Shown here: piece by piece, positions 23,978-38,587 of the stretch
How the letters are laid out: each line of letters opens with the position of its first letter
How positions within the stretch are numbered: position 1 is the first letter of the stretch
Source of the DNA: Vezdaea acicularis
Lineage: Eukaryota
Reading direction: 5' to 3'
DNA length: 64,000 bases
Assembly: GCA_026025075.1 (NCBI GenBank)
Contig: JAPEUI010000050.1
Location: 1-64,000 of the forward strand
Made by a program: the position numbers and the translations under genes
Notes under the pieces: generated by a model
Database searches by the model: none
Told to the model about the DNA's origin: nothing
Seen by the model: only the letters and a program-made list of their open reading frames with translations

Positions 23978-24580
23978 ATGGATATCGACCCGGCTGAGAG
24001 AGCTTCGATGCATTCTCCCCGCGCTTTCATGACGTCTCTACTCTCATCTTTACCATCTCTAGATGGTAACGTATCGGGCAAAATTCCGACTTCCGCAAAA
24101 TCACATATACTCACTCTACATGGCCTACTTCCTAACACTCTTCTCCCAGCCTTTGACCTCTTGGACAGGAAACTCGTGACAAGGTACATAATCTCGTCAG
24201 CGAACATCGTATATTATGTCCGCTCGTCTCAACCGCCTCAGAAACCTGGAGCGCATTCCCGGCCAATTTCCGCGGGACGCAGTTACGAAGTCCGGACCCT
24301 GGCTTGGAACTGCACATGCCCTGCATTCGCATTCGCAGCTTATTGCGGAAGCGGCGGGTTAGATCTCAAGGTCGAGGGGTCGGATCTACCTAAAATGCAG
24401 GATGGTACGGACTGGGTATACGGTGGTGTGGCTCTGGAAGACAATGCTCCTATTTGCAAGCATTTGCTAGCGTGCGTGCTGGCTGAGAAATGGTCCGAAG
24501 TGCTAGCTATCAACGTGGAGGAAGGCAGCATCGGAAAAGAGGTATGTGCAGGTTGGGCAGGAGGGTGGGCCTCCATTTAA
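23978..24580 (+). CDS. SWS1: SWIM zinc-finger protein, Sws1/Shu2/ZSWIM7-like (Shu complex); start 23978 or 24008
   Basis: LTLHGLLPNTLLPAFDLLDRKLV, YEVRTLAWNCTCPAF ... ICKHLLA (CxC...CxH SWIM). Confidence 0.8.
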   Translation: MDIDPAERASMHSPRAFMTSLLSSLPSLDGNVSGKIPTSAKSHILTLHGLLPNTLLPAFDLLDRKLVTRYIISSANIVYYVRSSQPPQKPGAHSRPISAGRSYEVRTLAWNCTCPAFAFAAYCGSGGLDLKVEGSDLPKMQDGTDWVYGGVALEDNAPICKHLLACVLAEKWSEVLAINVEEGSIGKEVCAGWAGGWASI

Positions 24581-24821
24581 TAGTCCAACCAGTATTGCTA
24601 GCGAACCCACCGACAAAGAGCGTTGCTCGACCTGATGGACGTTAAACTGTGCTGATACACAATTGTCTACGCTATGAGGCATACGGTTGTGATTCGTTCC
24701 AATGTCACATCATCTTGAGCTACATCGGTTCCCACTCACCCATACTATACATTAACTCTAGAATAACTTGAGGAGTCGCTTATGTGGACCCAGAAGACGT
24801 CTATCGTATTTGCAAAGATCA

Positions 24822-26015
24822 CTACCTCTTTTTGTCCTTCTCCTTATCCTTGTCATTCTTGTCATTCTTGTCATTCTCTTTAATTTCCTTGGACTCCCCA
24901 TTGACGATACCATTTGACTTCTTGTTCTTCGCATCCTTCCCCTCTTTTATCTCATCCTTCTTAGCTTCCTTTTCTTCCTGATGTTGTCGATTCTGGATCT
25001 TATTCTCAATCAAATCATGGAACGCAGCGATGGCGCGGATCAAGCTGCTGAGATAGATTGTCATTAGTTGATCATTCGTCTTGATGCTCATTGCTCTTGC
25101 AAGCTCGCCGTTATCCGTCGTTGCGGATTTGTCTACGCCGTTCGGTGCCTCTGATGGGGGTTTAGGCGTCGCAAGGTTGGGGAGTAAATTAAAGACATCT
25201 TGCAAATTTCCCAAGATCGCATGATTTATTGGTAATTCCTTGTTTGAGACCTTTTGTAGGTACAGACCAATATCTCGTAATCGAAGATGTAACCCTTGTA
25301 ACGACTGTAGCTGCGAAGTTATTCGTGTCGATAGTGTGCCCACAGCTACGTCACGAATGTCTCTTAGCAAATGCTCGACTCCGATCTCCTCTGCTTCTTC
25401 TGCTTCGATGACGGAAGGTGTATGTACAAAGGTCTTCGTTGTAGTAGTACCGTCCTAATAGCTCGTCAGCCTCGCACTTACGCAAACCTCTGAGGTGTTA
25501 TAGAGATAGCGCACATCCTTGATCTCTTCCACCGCAAAATATGCATCCGTTGGGACTCCAACTTCCTTAGGTTGAACATCAATGATGACAAGAAGAGGGT
25601 TCGGATTGTATCGTTTGAATAGTTCATTGATTTCTAAATCTGATGCGCGAAGCTTCGGACCGGAGTGATACCAGCCAATTAGCTTTTCTCTTGCATTGAC
25701 CTTCTTAAACATATCATTCATTGACTCGACGTAGTTGTGATCGAGAAACCAGACTGATGGATCCTTCTCATCTTCCTCAAACGGCACTATTTATCACATC
25801 AGTAGAGCAACCTAAGCACAACGATCTACGTCAATACCCGCGAAGCTGTTTGAGACCCTTACGCTCTTCCCATCGTTCTGCCCAAGAAGCACACCGACAA
25901 CCCGTTTCCTTGTACCGGAGCGCCCATAGTGATCTGCGGCAGAAAGGAGGACGAGGGGCGCTACAGATACGGTCCGATTTACTAGCGACAAGGTTTCTGC
26001 AGTTGTCGCAGGCAT
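24822..26015 (-). CDS. RPN8: 26S proteasome lid subunit Rpn8 (MPN domain), 2 introns
   Basis: [61 protein letters not shown]. Confidence 0.97.
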
Positions 26016-26527
26016 GATGAAAGGTAAAAAGGCTGTGCACAGATTCTTGACTGAGCTTTTGACGGGAAGAAATCGAAGTTGTCGCTTTTGATGGTCTACT
26101 TATGACTTGCGGTTTTACCTTTTGCCTGTTGTAACTGTTAGAGCTTGGCGAGGATATAGCTTAATCCTGGTAACCTTAGGCTCGTCACCTGACACAGCCT
26201 CCAGCTGAGATCATTGCGCCTATGAGATCAGTAATTACTTTCATGTAATGCGCTGATAGGTATATTAATTCTTATAACTTAAATATTTTGTCCATGGTTG
26301 CAGGATTGTAAGCCACTTAGACTTTCTGGGCGGCCGAGCGGAAGGGTACGCGCTTCGGCAACTATCAACGACTTCAAGCGTCAAAGTAACACTGCGGAGA
26401 GCTTCGCCCAAAACCGCTGACAGTCAGCAACAAACATCACTTCTACCGGCTTTCGGGCAGGCTCTTCGCACAAACCACTTCCTGTGTATCTCTTGGGAGC
26501 TGTGGTCCTTCGACGTAATTCGTAACG

Positions 26528-27533
<1,006 letters not shown>

Positions 27534-28504
27534 CCGTAATTGATTGGAACCTAGAAAATGGTGAGAGTACGAGTTCATGAATCGGCAAGGAGGTTTGGGG
27601 ATGCTGGAAATAGCAAGGATTTAGAGTGGGCCTGACGAACGCTTTACACCGAAAAGTTGTCTCGGTCACTTCTCGTTGAGGCGGCCATGCACATAGGTTT
27701 GGTTTCATTGGCGACGCTAGTTGTATACTATCACCTTGTTTTATAGCAATTGCTAAATTCCTCCGTTCACTCAATGTTACTTCGTAACATTAGCAATGAT
27801 TTCTTCATTGAGGCTCTATTGTAATGAATATGTGCATGTAAATGCTTTCATTCGCCGGGCTGGTGGCGCATCAACAGCTGTCAAATTCTCCACATATTAT
27901 CGCTGACACCGTCTGATTGCGTCCATGCAATTCTACTCCTCGTTGCCACAGGATACGGTGGTAGGACATAATCGAGTCTGCCAGAGTCACAACCACCAGA
28001 ACACCTTGAATGCGATCATCTAAACCACGAGATCCTTTCCGAAAGTCACAAAAGTGACCAGCCGATCTTTTCATTCTATCTTCAACTTCCACCCGTGGTC
28101 AGGAGCTCCTCTCAAGTCTACCAAGCTCTAGTATCGTCAAGCAAATATATCCTAACCCCGAAGCTGCGCCACACCCCAATAAATTCACGCAAGCGTACTC
28201 CTTCAGGAGTTCCAGTCACTCCCCGCAAATTCAAAGACTCCCAGCGAATTCCTCCGGTTTATCGGAGTCTACATCTTCGGATCTCCACTCGTTGAGCCCT
28301 TCTGACTTTGGGATACCACCAAGCAAGCATAGGGGGCGGTCTTGGGAGCAGCGAGCCAGCGCGAGGTAAGACAGGAACGAGCATTACTTGCGACCTAGTA
28401 GGATACGTGGAATGCTCTACTTGGATCGTTATTGTCATTCTATACATTTATGCTCGCCTTCTAGTCTTTATGACTCGATCTAACTTCTCCAAAAGGCTAT
28501 CAAG

Positions 28505-28867
28505 ATGTCCATTTCATCCCTTCCCTATGGCTGGAACTACGAGCACGACATATTTCTCTGTTGGCATGACAGTCATACCAGACTTGACTATTCCCAAATC
28601 AGCGCCGGATTTCACAAGGTCTTCCCTGACATGGCGCGATTCGGAGTCAATGAGAGGATGATTGAGAGAAGGCTTCAAGTTCTTGATATGTGTGATCATT
28701 TGGACTACTTTCAGATGGACTGGGCTGAGGTAAAGCGCCTTTGTCACTGGGCCAGAGGAATCAAAGGTGTAAGTGAAGAGTCTCGATATATCGAATCATA
28801 GCAGGTGCTGATACTAAAGGCTAATTAGAGCGCCCCACTAACGCACGTTGCACCTGATCGCTATTAG
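28505..28867 (+). CDS. Small hypothetical protein, about 100 aa, possible helix-turn-helix-like fold (intron 28769-28828)
   Basis: A-3 ATG; MSISSLPYGWNYEHDIFL...YSQISAGFHKVFP...ERMIERRLQVLD; GTAAGT donor and TAG acceptor give SAPLTHVAPDRY*. Confidence 0.62.
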
Positions 28868-29121
28868 GAGCCGCTAATCCAATGGGAGATGGTTGGTTGT
28901 TTGTTGTCATTTTTATGCCCTGATAATTGCGTTGCGCTCTTGAATCTTTCCAGAGGGGGGGAAGCTCTTGGCAAATTACAAGCACCAAGAAGAACTAGTT
29001 AAGGATGGTCATAGAGAAATAAGGGAAAGAGGAAGTCTTCCTTGTCAAGTCACCAACGCCTCAAGAGCTTTTCCATTTTCTATATTCTGTACAAATCTCC
29101 TACGTTCGCTGTGATCATGTT

Positions 29122-30401
29122 TCATTCCTTATATACAGTACTCTCAAGTCTGTCAGAGTACCGGAGATGTCCCTGCTTCCGTACCTCGTCCATAGCCTTC
29201 ATCACCGCTATACTCTCCTGCAAAGGTATGGTCTCGCTTTCTAACTTGCCGTCTCTAATGCAGCGGGCGCATTCATCTGCTTCATAAAACATTCCATGAC
29301 CCGGAAGCTTGAAAGCTTGATCCACACGCGGATGGTTGTTATGAACCAGACTGATGCTCAGAGGTCTATATGGTGGGCCATATACAAGAATTTGACCTTC
29401 AGAGCCCATGATTTTTATTGACGGGCTTGCATGGTTATGGTCAGGGTCCGTGGCAGCAAGAAGTCCTGTAAGCGCAATTCCATCGGCCTGCATTTTTGGA
29501 AAGGTAAGTATCATCGATGTCAGCACGTCGGCGCCTGTCTTCTCGTAGTGAATCATAGAGGAGACGATACTTGGTGTCTCGCGGGCTGAACCAGGCTGGA
29601 GATGATAAAGTATCTGAAAGACCCAGGTCAAGGAGTATACTCCTACTTTCACTGGAATCAGCGTTCTAGGCGCCACCACGATGTGCAAACTATACTCACA
29701 ATCTAGTAAAGCACCTCCAGCAAGGTCCATATTGACCATTCTGTGCTCAGTCCCCCACTTCTTCTCCACGTCGTCACCGAAACTGTTGTCTGCAATTACC
29801 CGATGTATCTTACCAATTTTCCCTTCTGCAACCATCTTTCTGACGGCAATACTCAATGGAAAGAACCTAGTCCACACCGCTTCCATCAAAAACAACTTCC
29901 TCTCCCTCGCCACTCTAGCTAATATTTCCGCCTGTGGAGCATTGACCGTGAACGGTTTCTCACAGAGAACGTGCTTGCCAGCTTTCAAACACAACATTGC
30001 GTTTTGAAAGTGATGTGAATGCGGGGTTGCAATGTATATAATATCGACATTAGGATCCGCTACGATTCCTTCATAGCTTCCGTATGCCCTTGCCCATGAA
30101 GGGCATTTACATTCCTCGAGAAATTGCTGAGCCCGTTCCAAAGAGCTTGAGGATGCTGCTGCAGCTATGACATGCTTGACATCTGCGACATTCCGCGTAC
30201 TGGGCAATACCAACAGATTCTCCACGAATGCTAGATAATTTTAGGAGAGCTATGTGGTTTTACTAAGATTGCATTCTTACTTGCAGCGATTGCTCCGGTA
30301 GCTACAATCTGAATCAGTGAAATCGCTTGGCAGGGATAGCTTGACGTTAACATTGTGAACTTACCAAGAATACCCCACCTCAAAGTGTAGGTGTTCGCCA
30401 T
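29122..30401 (-). CDS. Gfo/Idh/MocA NAD(P)-dependent oxidoreductase (dihydrodiol / D-xylose dehydrogenase-like), several introns
   Basis: LRWGIL-ATGAIA, DIIYIATPHSHH, KHVLCEKPFTVN, LMEAVWTRFFP, GGALLD-LGVY. Confidence 0.92.
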
Positions 30402-30897
30402 GAGATGAGAAACTAGTGAAAGTGCTCCTACCTTTTGATTTATTACCCCGAGAGATTCGCTCACAAGCCCTCCAGAACCCTAAGACATACAATGTTCATT
30501 GAGCTGTTGAATTGCACATATCAAAGCGATGGGCGAAACTTCTAGGTTGTCAAATTCGAAGCGGGTTTGATCGACGTCATCCGTCACAAATCTCAATTCA
30601 ATCATGTCAAACAGTATGAGAAATATTATTTGGATCTTATCCATTTAGCAGGACACACAATATGGTACTTTATAACGTTACCAAATGTACAAGATCTGGG
30701 TAAGCTGGTTTGGGAATGAACCTCAGCCTGCCAAACTCCCAGATGCACCTCCCAAATGCCGCTTATGTAGTTGGCCCACGATAACTTACTGGAACCAAAA
30801 AGAGAGGGAAAAGTTCTAGTAAAGAGCTTTCAATACTTTTTGCTACTTTGTTAGAGTTCTGCATGCATATGTAATGGTTTCAGGAGGGAATAAAGGC

Positions 30898-33122
30898 TCA
30901 GACTAAGTCTTCTCTCTTGACTTTGGCTTTCATGACATTCAAGTCATAGCCGTCGGCCTTACGCTTCCCTAGAATAGAGTCTGGTGTGAGATCTCGAAGG
31001 GGGGTAACTGCTCTATCTTTTGTTGCTTCTTCGTGGCAGCTTGCATGGTAGATCCTATCACCGACCTTAATCGCATCCATCCATACGAAGTCCTGTACTT
31101 CTTCGAGCCAAACCGTTTCAAACTTCTCCTGGCAAATTGGGCAATGGAGGTTGGCCATGGCAGGATCATTTGGTTTCAAGATATATTGCTTCTTTGGCTG
31201 CTTTTTGACTGCTGCAGAGGCTAGCAAAGATCCGTTAGCGGCCCCATTATTTGAACCCTCAATGCTATCCTCCTGCCCGTCCCGAGACTTGATCCACTCC
31301 TATAGGGACTGTCAGCGATGAACAGGAATATATTGCAGGGGCCCGGGCTGACTTACAACTTCTCCAACGTACCAGCTACGGTTTTGGCCTCTCTTCATGG
31401 CGTCTTGCATTCGCTGATTTACCCGGAAATGCCAGTCGAGATGGTTAGCTTTTTTCCTTTTGCCTTCTTCTGTGGCTTGAAATCTTCGCCCACATGTAGA
31501 GCACTGGTTTGGGTACTGCTCGTATAGAAGGGATATCAAATGAGGTCGTGGACTATATCTTATTAGAACAGAGAGTAACAAATGCAAATTATGATTTCAA
31601 AGGGGCAGGTGTGATACGTACATCTTCAACGATGCAGATGTCATTTGGGTATCATTCTGAGCCGGTGTGTATCCTGAACTTATTGGCGTCGCTGAAAGTT
31701 GGGGCGGTGTTGCGAACGAGGTCATTTGAGGCAACGAATTCGGATAAGGTACGTTGACCGGCAAAGCCGGTGCCGGGACTGGGCTGCTCGTGACTGGCGG
31801 CACCATGCCTGCAGCACGTAGAGCCGCCATGAGCGAGCTCTCCTGGCCGACTGAAGTAGAGCCGGAGGCCGCCAATTGTGCGCTGAAGGATGAATGTCCT
31901 TGCGACGCTGGTCTCGGAGGTGGTGTTATATTCGACGCAACATTAGTAGCGGCGAGGAGTGATTCAAGAGCGCCAGGTGGGAAAAGAGATTGTTGGGCTG
32001 TCGGCTGAGGTGGAGGGGCTTGCAAAGGCGCAGGTGGCATATATGGAAGAGTAGGCGTTGGTATAGACATTACAGGCTGCTTTCCAGCGGCTGAGAGCTG
32101 CGCCACTTGGTCTCTGATTAGTCTCAACTGGTCTGGGGGGAGCTGTTGACTTTGCACAATTGACTGAAGATCAAGAAGTGCTTTCAGTCTCTGCTGGACG
32201 CCTGTGTCATATAGATTTCTCGCAAATTCGTCTTTCGTCGCTGCCACTAAGGCCCCGATGTCTGCACCTAGAGTATCCATGCTTAGTGCTAATGAGTCAA
32301 AGCTACCCCCCACCTGTTGATAGGGAGGTGGATATGGCTGGTACACTTGATAAGGCTGCTGAGGTGGCTAGACACCGTGATTTTCAGCATCTCCGCAGGT
32401 CAAAGGAATTCTTAGACAAACCTTATAAGCATCATATGTAGACGGTTGAGGGGGGATATAAGGATGTCCATTTTGCTGAAGGTTCGAAGGAGGCAGATAT
32501 CTAGACCCATTCGTCGGCGGAGTAGGTGTATTGCGATACGGAACAGGGGGCGTTCCAGTCCCAGGCCGGCGTTTAGATAGAGCTTGCTGACTCTGAGCTT
32601 GTTGTTGTTGCACGTTAAGAACTGCAATCCTTGCCTTAAGCAACGCATTATCTATAGGCCTTGTGACCTCAGTTGGGAAGACAGGCCTGCTGTCGATAGA
32701 GCCTGGCACTGGCTCTTTCCACGTTTTTAGCATCTCCTCCAACTTCCTCCGCGTAGGCCCATCAAGTAGTGTGTAAGCATTCATAAAAGTCCGAAATAGA
32801 TTACGGCCAAATAAAAGGGTATAGGGTGCACCGACATTCTTAGCAACCGAGTCAAGAACGTAGAGAGCAGGTAGTTTCCTATTTGGAGGTATCTAAATGT
32901 CCCTTCAGTATCGAAAAACTGTCATCTTTATGCGTCTTTGAGAAATGGGCTTACCGTTCGAATATGGTTCTCAATAACTCTTGTGATCGACAGTGCGTGG
33001 TCTATGCTCTCCTTCGCAATCACTGTCAAGTTGCTTATCTCGTATCTTGAGTTGAGGGTAAGATCCTCCAGAGAGTTCTTGTAATCCTCTGCGACATCAT
33101 CGATAGGCAAGCTGGAAGTCAT
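30898..33122 (-). CDS. PCF11: mRNA cleavage factor subunit Pcf11 (CID domain and zinc fingers), several introns
   Basis: YKNSLEDLTLNSRYEISNLTVIAKE, KLPALYVLDSVAKNVG, QCSTCGRRF...HLDWHF, CPICQEKF...YHASC. Confidence 0.94.
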
Positions 33123-33499
33123 GATCTCGTATTCTTAGTATCGTTCTTGAGAAATGTAGATGTAATTGTGTGTGTTGGGGAGTCCAAAGTCCGGGCGAAT
33201 GTCCACTTTTCTCAACTTATTCATTGCGCGACCTCAATAGCGTTGGAAGTGGGTATTGATTCCTCAAAGCTGGCTGGATCCACACGAGAAGGGTTCATAG
33301 TTGCGCTCCCACGGCTTCGGAACTTTTCGCTAGGCCATTTTAGCATCATAGCGCGGCATCTTTCCATGGATTCGCGTCTCACAAGCTACTTTCGACCGAG
33401 AAAACAGATAGCTTGAAGCGCGCCTGCCAATATTGACTGCCATGTCGCAAAGACTGTTTGTGTTGTATCACTTGCATCCACCTAAATACCTCTGCAAAT

Positions 33500-36190
33500 A
33501 TGTCTAATAAAGGACCCGGTTCCGTGAGGAAGGAGCTTGAGCAGCAAGCAGCTCTTCTACAATGGGTATGTCGGCCTGCCTAAGAATGCGCCATGATATA
33601 CTCATAGCAACTACTCCAGCTCGGCACTTCAATTTGGCATTACTAACTTAGTCTCCACAGATTAAGACCTTTCGGGGTGCTCCAAGGGTCGAAAACCTTA
33701 AGGATCTTAACGACGGAATCAAGCTCTGGGGCGTTCTTCGTGAGTTGTACCTTTTCTGTTGCAGTCTACATCCTGTGAAGACCAAAGTGGTAATCAATCT
33801 GGCCCGACAGAAGATATAGATCAGGACTATTTTGGGCGTAATCTACCCCATCCTGATGCCGACAACAAAAGTGCTAGATATCTTAACATCAAGCAAGTCC
33901 ATAGAGATGCGGCAGCTTTTATCGAGAGCCGGGTTACAGAGTCCGTGGTTGAGATCAACCCAGATTATCAGAAGATCGCAGCGGCGACTCCAGAGATGCC
34001 AACAGAATTGTCAAAGATCTTGAAGCTTGTTTTCGTCGCCGCCGCATTTTCTGCGCCAGACAAGTACGGCCCGATTGTCCTAACATTAGATGAGCAATCT
34101 CAAAAATGCATGTTCGAAATCATACAGGAGATGCAGGTGGGCTATGAAGATAATGAGAATGAAACCTTGCTTCATGGAGGGGAGAATACTGGGAAAGCCA
34201 GCAAACATGCACTAAGTAGGGATCAAGCTTTAGAGTTTGAGGAGAAGATGGGCAAGATCAGTCACGAGAATAACGAGCTCAAGAGCCTCAATCAGAACCT
34301 ACGAAAGGAAGCGAAACGTCTGCAAGAAATTCTCGAACAGCTTCAGATAGATAACGAAGATCTCCAGGACCGTCTGAGACAGACCGAAGATAATCTTCTA
34401 GACGCCACTTCCACAGGTAAGGGTGCTGCTGGCACAAGGATCAGGGCATTGGAAGCACAGATGTACGTTGCACTTGTGTACTGTTTAGGATTTCTAGTTA
34501 AGTACTAATGGGTTCCTTAGCAAAACCCAAGAAGATAATCTAGATGCCAAGACTTCCGAGCTCGCGGAGGCAAGTAGCCGTAACACAGCTGCGCAAAAGA
34601 CAATAGAATCGCTTCGAAGGTCAACAACCGAATTCCAGAAACTTCAAGATGAGTTTGATGTGATAAAGTCGGAGCGGGATTCGCTCGCGAAGAAAGCAAA
34701 CACTGCCGATCATTATAGAGAGAAAGTTAGGGCACTTCAACACCTCGAGGTTGAAGTGAAGGATCTCCGTACTGAAAACTCCAGCCTCTCCCAACGCTCC
34801 CAATCATTAGATGAGGCAAGGATGCAGCTTTCGGGGCAGCAAAAGACTATCGCAGAACTTAAAAAAGTATTATCTAGCGTCGAACAGATTTCACATGACG
34901 TCGAAGAGTCAAAAAGAAGAACAGAAGTCGAGTTAACTTTCGCAAAAGACCGATGCGTAACCCTAGAGGATCAGCACTCAAAAGACCAGGACACGATCTT
35001 AGAACTAAGAGACAGGCTGAATGGCTCTGATTCTGGAGCCCTCGTTAATACCAGCGATCTCAACTCGGAGCTTGATATCAACGCTAAGTCTAGGTCGGAC
35101 TTGATGGCGGATATTTCACAGCTGCGGGTAGAAAACCAAAAGCTCAAGGAGGATGACGAGACAAGAGCAGAAAATATCATGCTAAAAGACAAACTCGAAG
35201 ACGCAGAGAGGAAGATCAAGTCTTCTGAACACAGATATTGGGGCCTCCAGCAAGAGAAGCTCTTCCTCGAGGCTCAATTGAAGAACGTGACAGCAGGACT
35301 CATAGGTGATGAATCTGAAGCTTACGCTTTAATGAGTGAGAGATACAATGATGCGCAGAATGCCCTTTTAGAAGCGAAAGAAACCAACCGAAAGCTCCAT
35401 ATCGACTATGAAGATAAGATGCAAGAACTAGATACAGCAAAGCTAGAACTTAAGCTTGACGGTAAGAGTGAGGAAGAGCAGCGCAAGATTTTAGCTCGAG
35501 CAGGCTCTTTCGAGGTACAAGAGCTCCGCAATACCAATAGAAACCTACAAGAGCAGCACACGACTCTAGAAAAAGAGGCACGACAATATCAGACGCTTCT
35601 TACTGCTTCTTTATTAGAGAAAGATGATCTTCGGAAGCAACTATCCGAACTTAAAGATATAACATACGAAAATGACAAAGATATTGAGGATGATGAACAA
35701 ATTCAGGCCATTTTGAAAGCGTCTAAGGATGGCCGGGAGGAAGGCGCTGCGTCGGTCCTAGAGGACCACACGGAACAGTTACAGACGAAGCTTGTGCAGA
35801 GTAGGGACAAACTTGCCAAGCGTACTGAGCATATCAAGAAACAGAACATAACGATAAATGAGCTACAAGAGAAGCTCAAGATTATGGAAGCCGGTGATCG
35901 AGAAGCGACGTCTAGGATAAAGGAGGAACAGGTAGCTGAGCAAACAATTGCAGATCGAGAAGAAGTAAACAGTTTAAATCGAGAAATTGCTTTGATGACC
36001 ACTGCTTGGTACGATCTTACCAGCAGGCTGCAGATGAACAATGTTGTGCTTCAGCGACGTAATGACGCACCCCGAAGCTGGCTTAACAAGCAGAGACATC
36101 TTATCAATACAACAACGGTAAATTTTCTCCACCTTTCACGCATTGTATGGACCGCTAAATCTAACGTGGAAGTAACTGAAGGGACGATGA
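33500..36190 (+). CDS. Hook-family microtubule/early-endosome adaptor (HookA/Hok1-like), 4 introns; retention of the last intron would end at 36237
   Basis: ALLQW-IKTF...LKDLNDGIKLWGVL..ID.DYF Hook domain start, long heptad coiled coil, C-terminal EIALMTTAWYDL...PRSWLNKQR. Confidence 0.85.
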
Positions 36191-37300
36191 AACCTGGAAC
36201 AAGGTTCTCTGATACACTTTACGCTCTATCAGTTTGAGAGGCATCAAATTCAAGCTCTTACCCCAGACAAAGCCTGCTATGCCACACTTAGATTTATCAA
36301 GAATTACAAGTCATATTAATCAACACAAAGCCAAATCATGTCCGACTTGAGATGGCGCAGGATGTCTTGGTTGTGCGCTTTAGGCGCCATAAGCCATGCT
36401 TGATACATGAGACGTCGTATGCGTCAGTACTGCTGCGCAATAGTCTAGTACAGGTCTTCGGGTGAATCATTCGAGTCACCCAAGTTCCGCTCCTCTGTCT
36501 ACCGGGAATAGACAGATTATCTCCTGATACAGAAGCATGAAGCATAACTCAACGCCATACTATCTCTAAAGAGGTTTGACAGTTACCTAATGTTGGATCA
36601 AGGAAAGATTAGTTGGGGTATAGAGAGGCTTCAACTACGTCTAATCACCATCATCATTACATACAGGGGCGAGTATCGGAGGCTCATTTTATCCCGCGGA
36701 CAAAAGTCGAAGCTTCCCAATGGAGGAGCTCTCATCTTCGGGTGAACGATGAATTGTCACTTATTTCAAGGTCCAACACAAGAGTCTCCTAGTTGAAAAT
36801 CACTGGTCGGATGGCGTGTAGTACGGTGCAGTCATAGGAGGAGTAACATCGGAGGTGTAATGTGAAGCTGCAGAGTCATCTTCAGGGAAAAGACAGATAT
36901 CTTCGCACTCTTCCACATAAATGGATTAGGTTGGATACCATTATAGAGTTAGAAGCTTGCTTTATAGAGAAGGGCAGATGTGGCATTAGCTTGTGTATAT
37001 AGTACAAATAGAGACGTCGTGAGTATCGACAGTAAACACCCAATCTGTTGAGCTTACTTTACCTTGGCTCCTGAAGACTTTCCACCAGAGTCAATACCAT
37101 GTTTTGTAACCTATCTTCGAAATTATCTCTTGATCCAGACCAACGCAATTAGGGTGGTGGTTGTCTTTAGCCGATCCGCAAGACTTCCGAGATATTGTGA
37201 TTTCTTAATATACCGATGCGTTTACGCAACGTCCATTCTTTCATAATCATGATGTTTTCCTTAAATTGAAAGATAGTTGGGGGGGCATAGACTTTTCACG

Positions 37301-38587
37301 ATGTCACTCGTAAGGCCCTGCCCACTGTTGGCAGGGTCTACTCTACCAAGGGTGGTGGTTAGATACAAAGGGCCAGCCCCGGGTACCTTACGACGTGCGA
37401 CAAACGGGTCCCGCAATACCCTTCCTTTTTCAGCATTAAGCTTGAGGAGTGGGCGGCTGACGCGTTGGCACCTTGCAATCAGCCTCCCCGTTTTTGGCAC
37501 TTTACTGTACTATACAGTACGTACTAAAAGTCTTTCTATGGAAGCTTCTTCCGCTAATTCTCGATAGGTCACTAGGGAGCCTGAGAAACTTGATCGACTT
37601 TCTATTGCAGATCAGGATAATATTCAAAGACGCGAGAATGGAATCACTACAGAGTCACCCATGCGCTTGCGTATGGAGCATTTTATAAAAGAAGAGCAAC
37701 AAAAAATCATAAGGGAGTTAGAGAAGGTGGACGGGAAGAAGTTTCGAAAGGATGAATGGAGTCGCCCGAATGGCGGAGGAGGTATTAGCTGCGTACTACA
37801 AGAGGGCAATGTGTTTGAGAAGGCAGGTGTCAATATCTCAATCGTCTACGGAGAGCTCCCCCGACCAGCTATCGAGAAGATGAGGGTGAATCACAAAGCG
37901 ATGGACCCTGATGTCGAGAAATTAGATTTCTTCGCAGCTGGCCTAAGTATGGTTCTACATCCAATCAATCCAATGGCTCCAACGGTCCATCTGAACTACC
38001 GATATTTCGAAACCGAGAACCCTGACGGCACTCCACAAGCGTGGTGGTTTGGTGGTGGCACGGATCTGACTCCTTCCTATCTTTTCGATGAGGACGCTAT
38101 TCACTTCCATCAAACGATCAAGACCGCATGCGAGAAGCACGATAAAAGCTACTATCCGCGATTCAAAAAATGGTGCGACGAATACTTCAGCGTAAAGCAT
38201 CGGGGGGAGAGTCGAGGGGTTGGTGGCATATTCTTTGATGATCTAGATGATGAAGAGAAAGATCGTGAGAATCTCTTTTCCTTCATCCAAGATTGTCTGC
38301 AGGCTTTTCTGCCATCATACATGCCGATTCTCGAGAAGAGGAAGAACATGCCCTACACAGAGAAAGAGAAGAATTGGCAGCAAATTAGGAGAGGACGATA
38401 CGTCGAATTCAATCTGGTGCATGATCGGGGGACAAGCTTTGGACTGAACACGCCTGGAGCGAGAGTGGAAAGCATATTGATGAGCTTACCACTGACTGCG
38501 AAGTGGATATATATGCATGAGCCTGAAAAGGGGAGTAGGGAAGAACGGTTGGTCAATGTGCTGAAGCGTCCTGTAGACTGGGTTTGA
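37301..38587 (+). CDS. HEM13: Oxygen-dependent coproporphyrinogen III oxidase with N-terminal targeting extension (intron 37517-37567)
   Basis: FEKAGVN, PTVHLNYRYFE, WWFGGGTDLTP, RGVGGIFFDD, RRGRYVEFNL. The GTACGT..CTAAT..TAG intron joins the upstream Arg-rich exon in frame. Confidence 0.95.

Noticed and set aside
28151..28158. CCTAACCC as telomerase RNA template
   Set aside because: Partly paired with TAGGATA (28399-405), and a protein-coding gene starts 350 nt later.
36300..37200. Structured RNA between Hook and HEM13 (also 19430-20000)
   Set aside because: Only scattered 5-6 bp helices were seen, not distinguishable from chance by eye.
37565..37567. In-frame TAG in HEM13 as a readthrough or A-to-I editing site
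   Set aside because: It is the 3' splice acceptor of intron 37517-37567.
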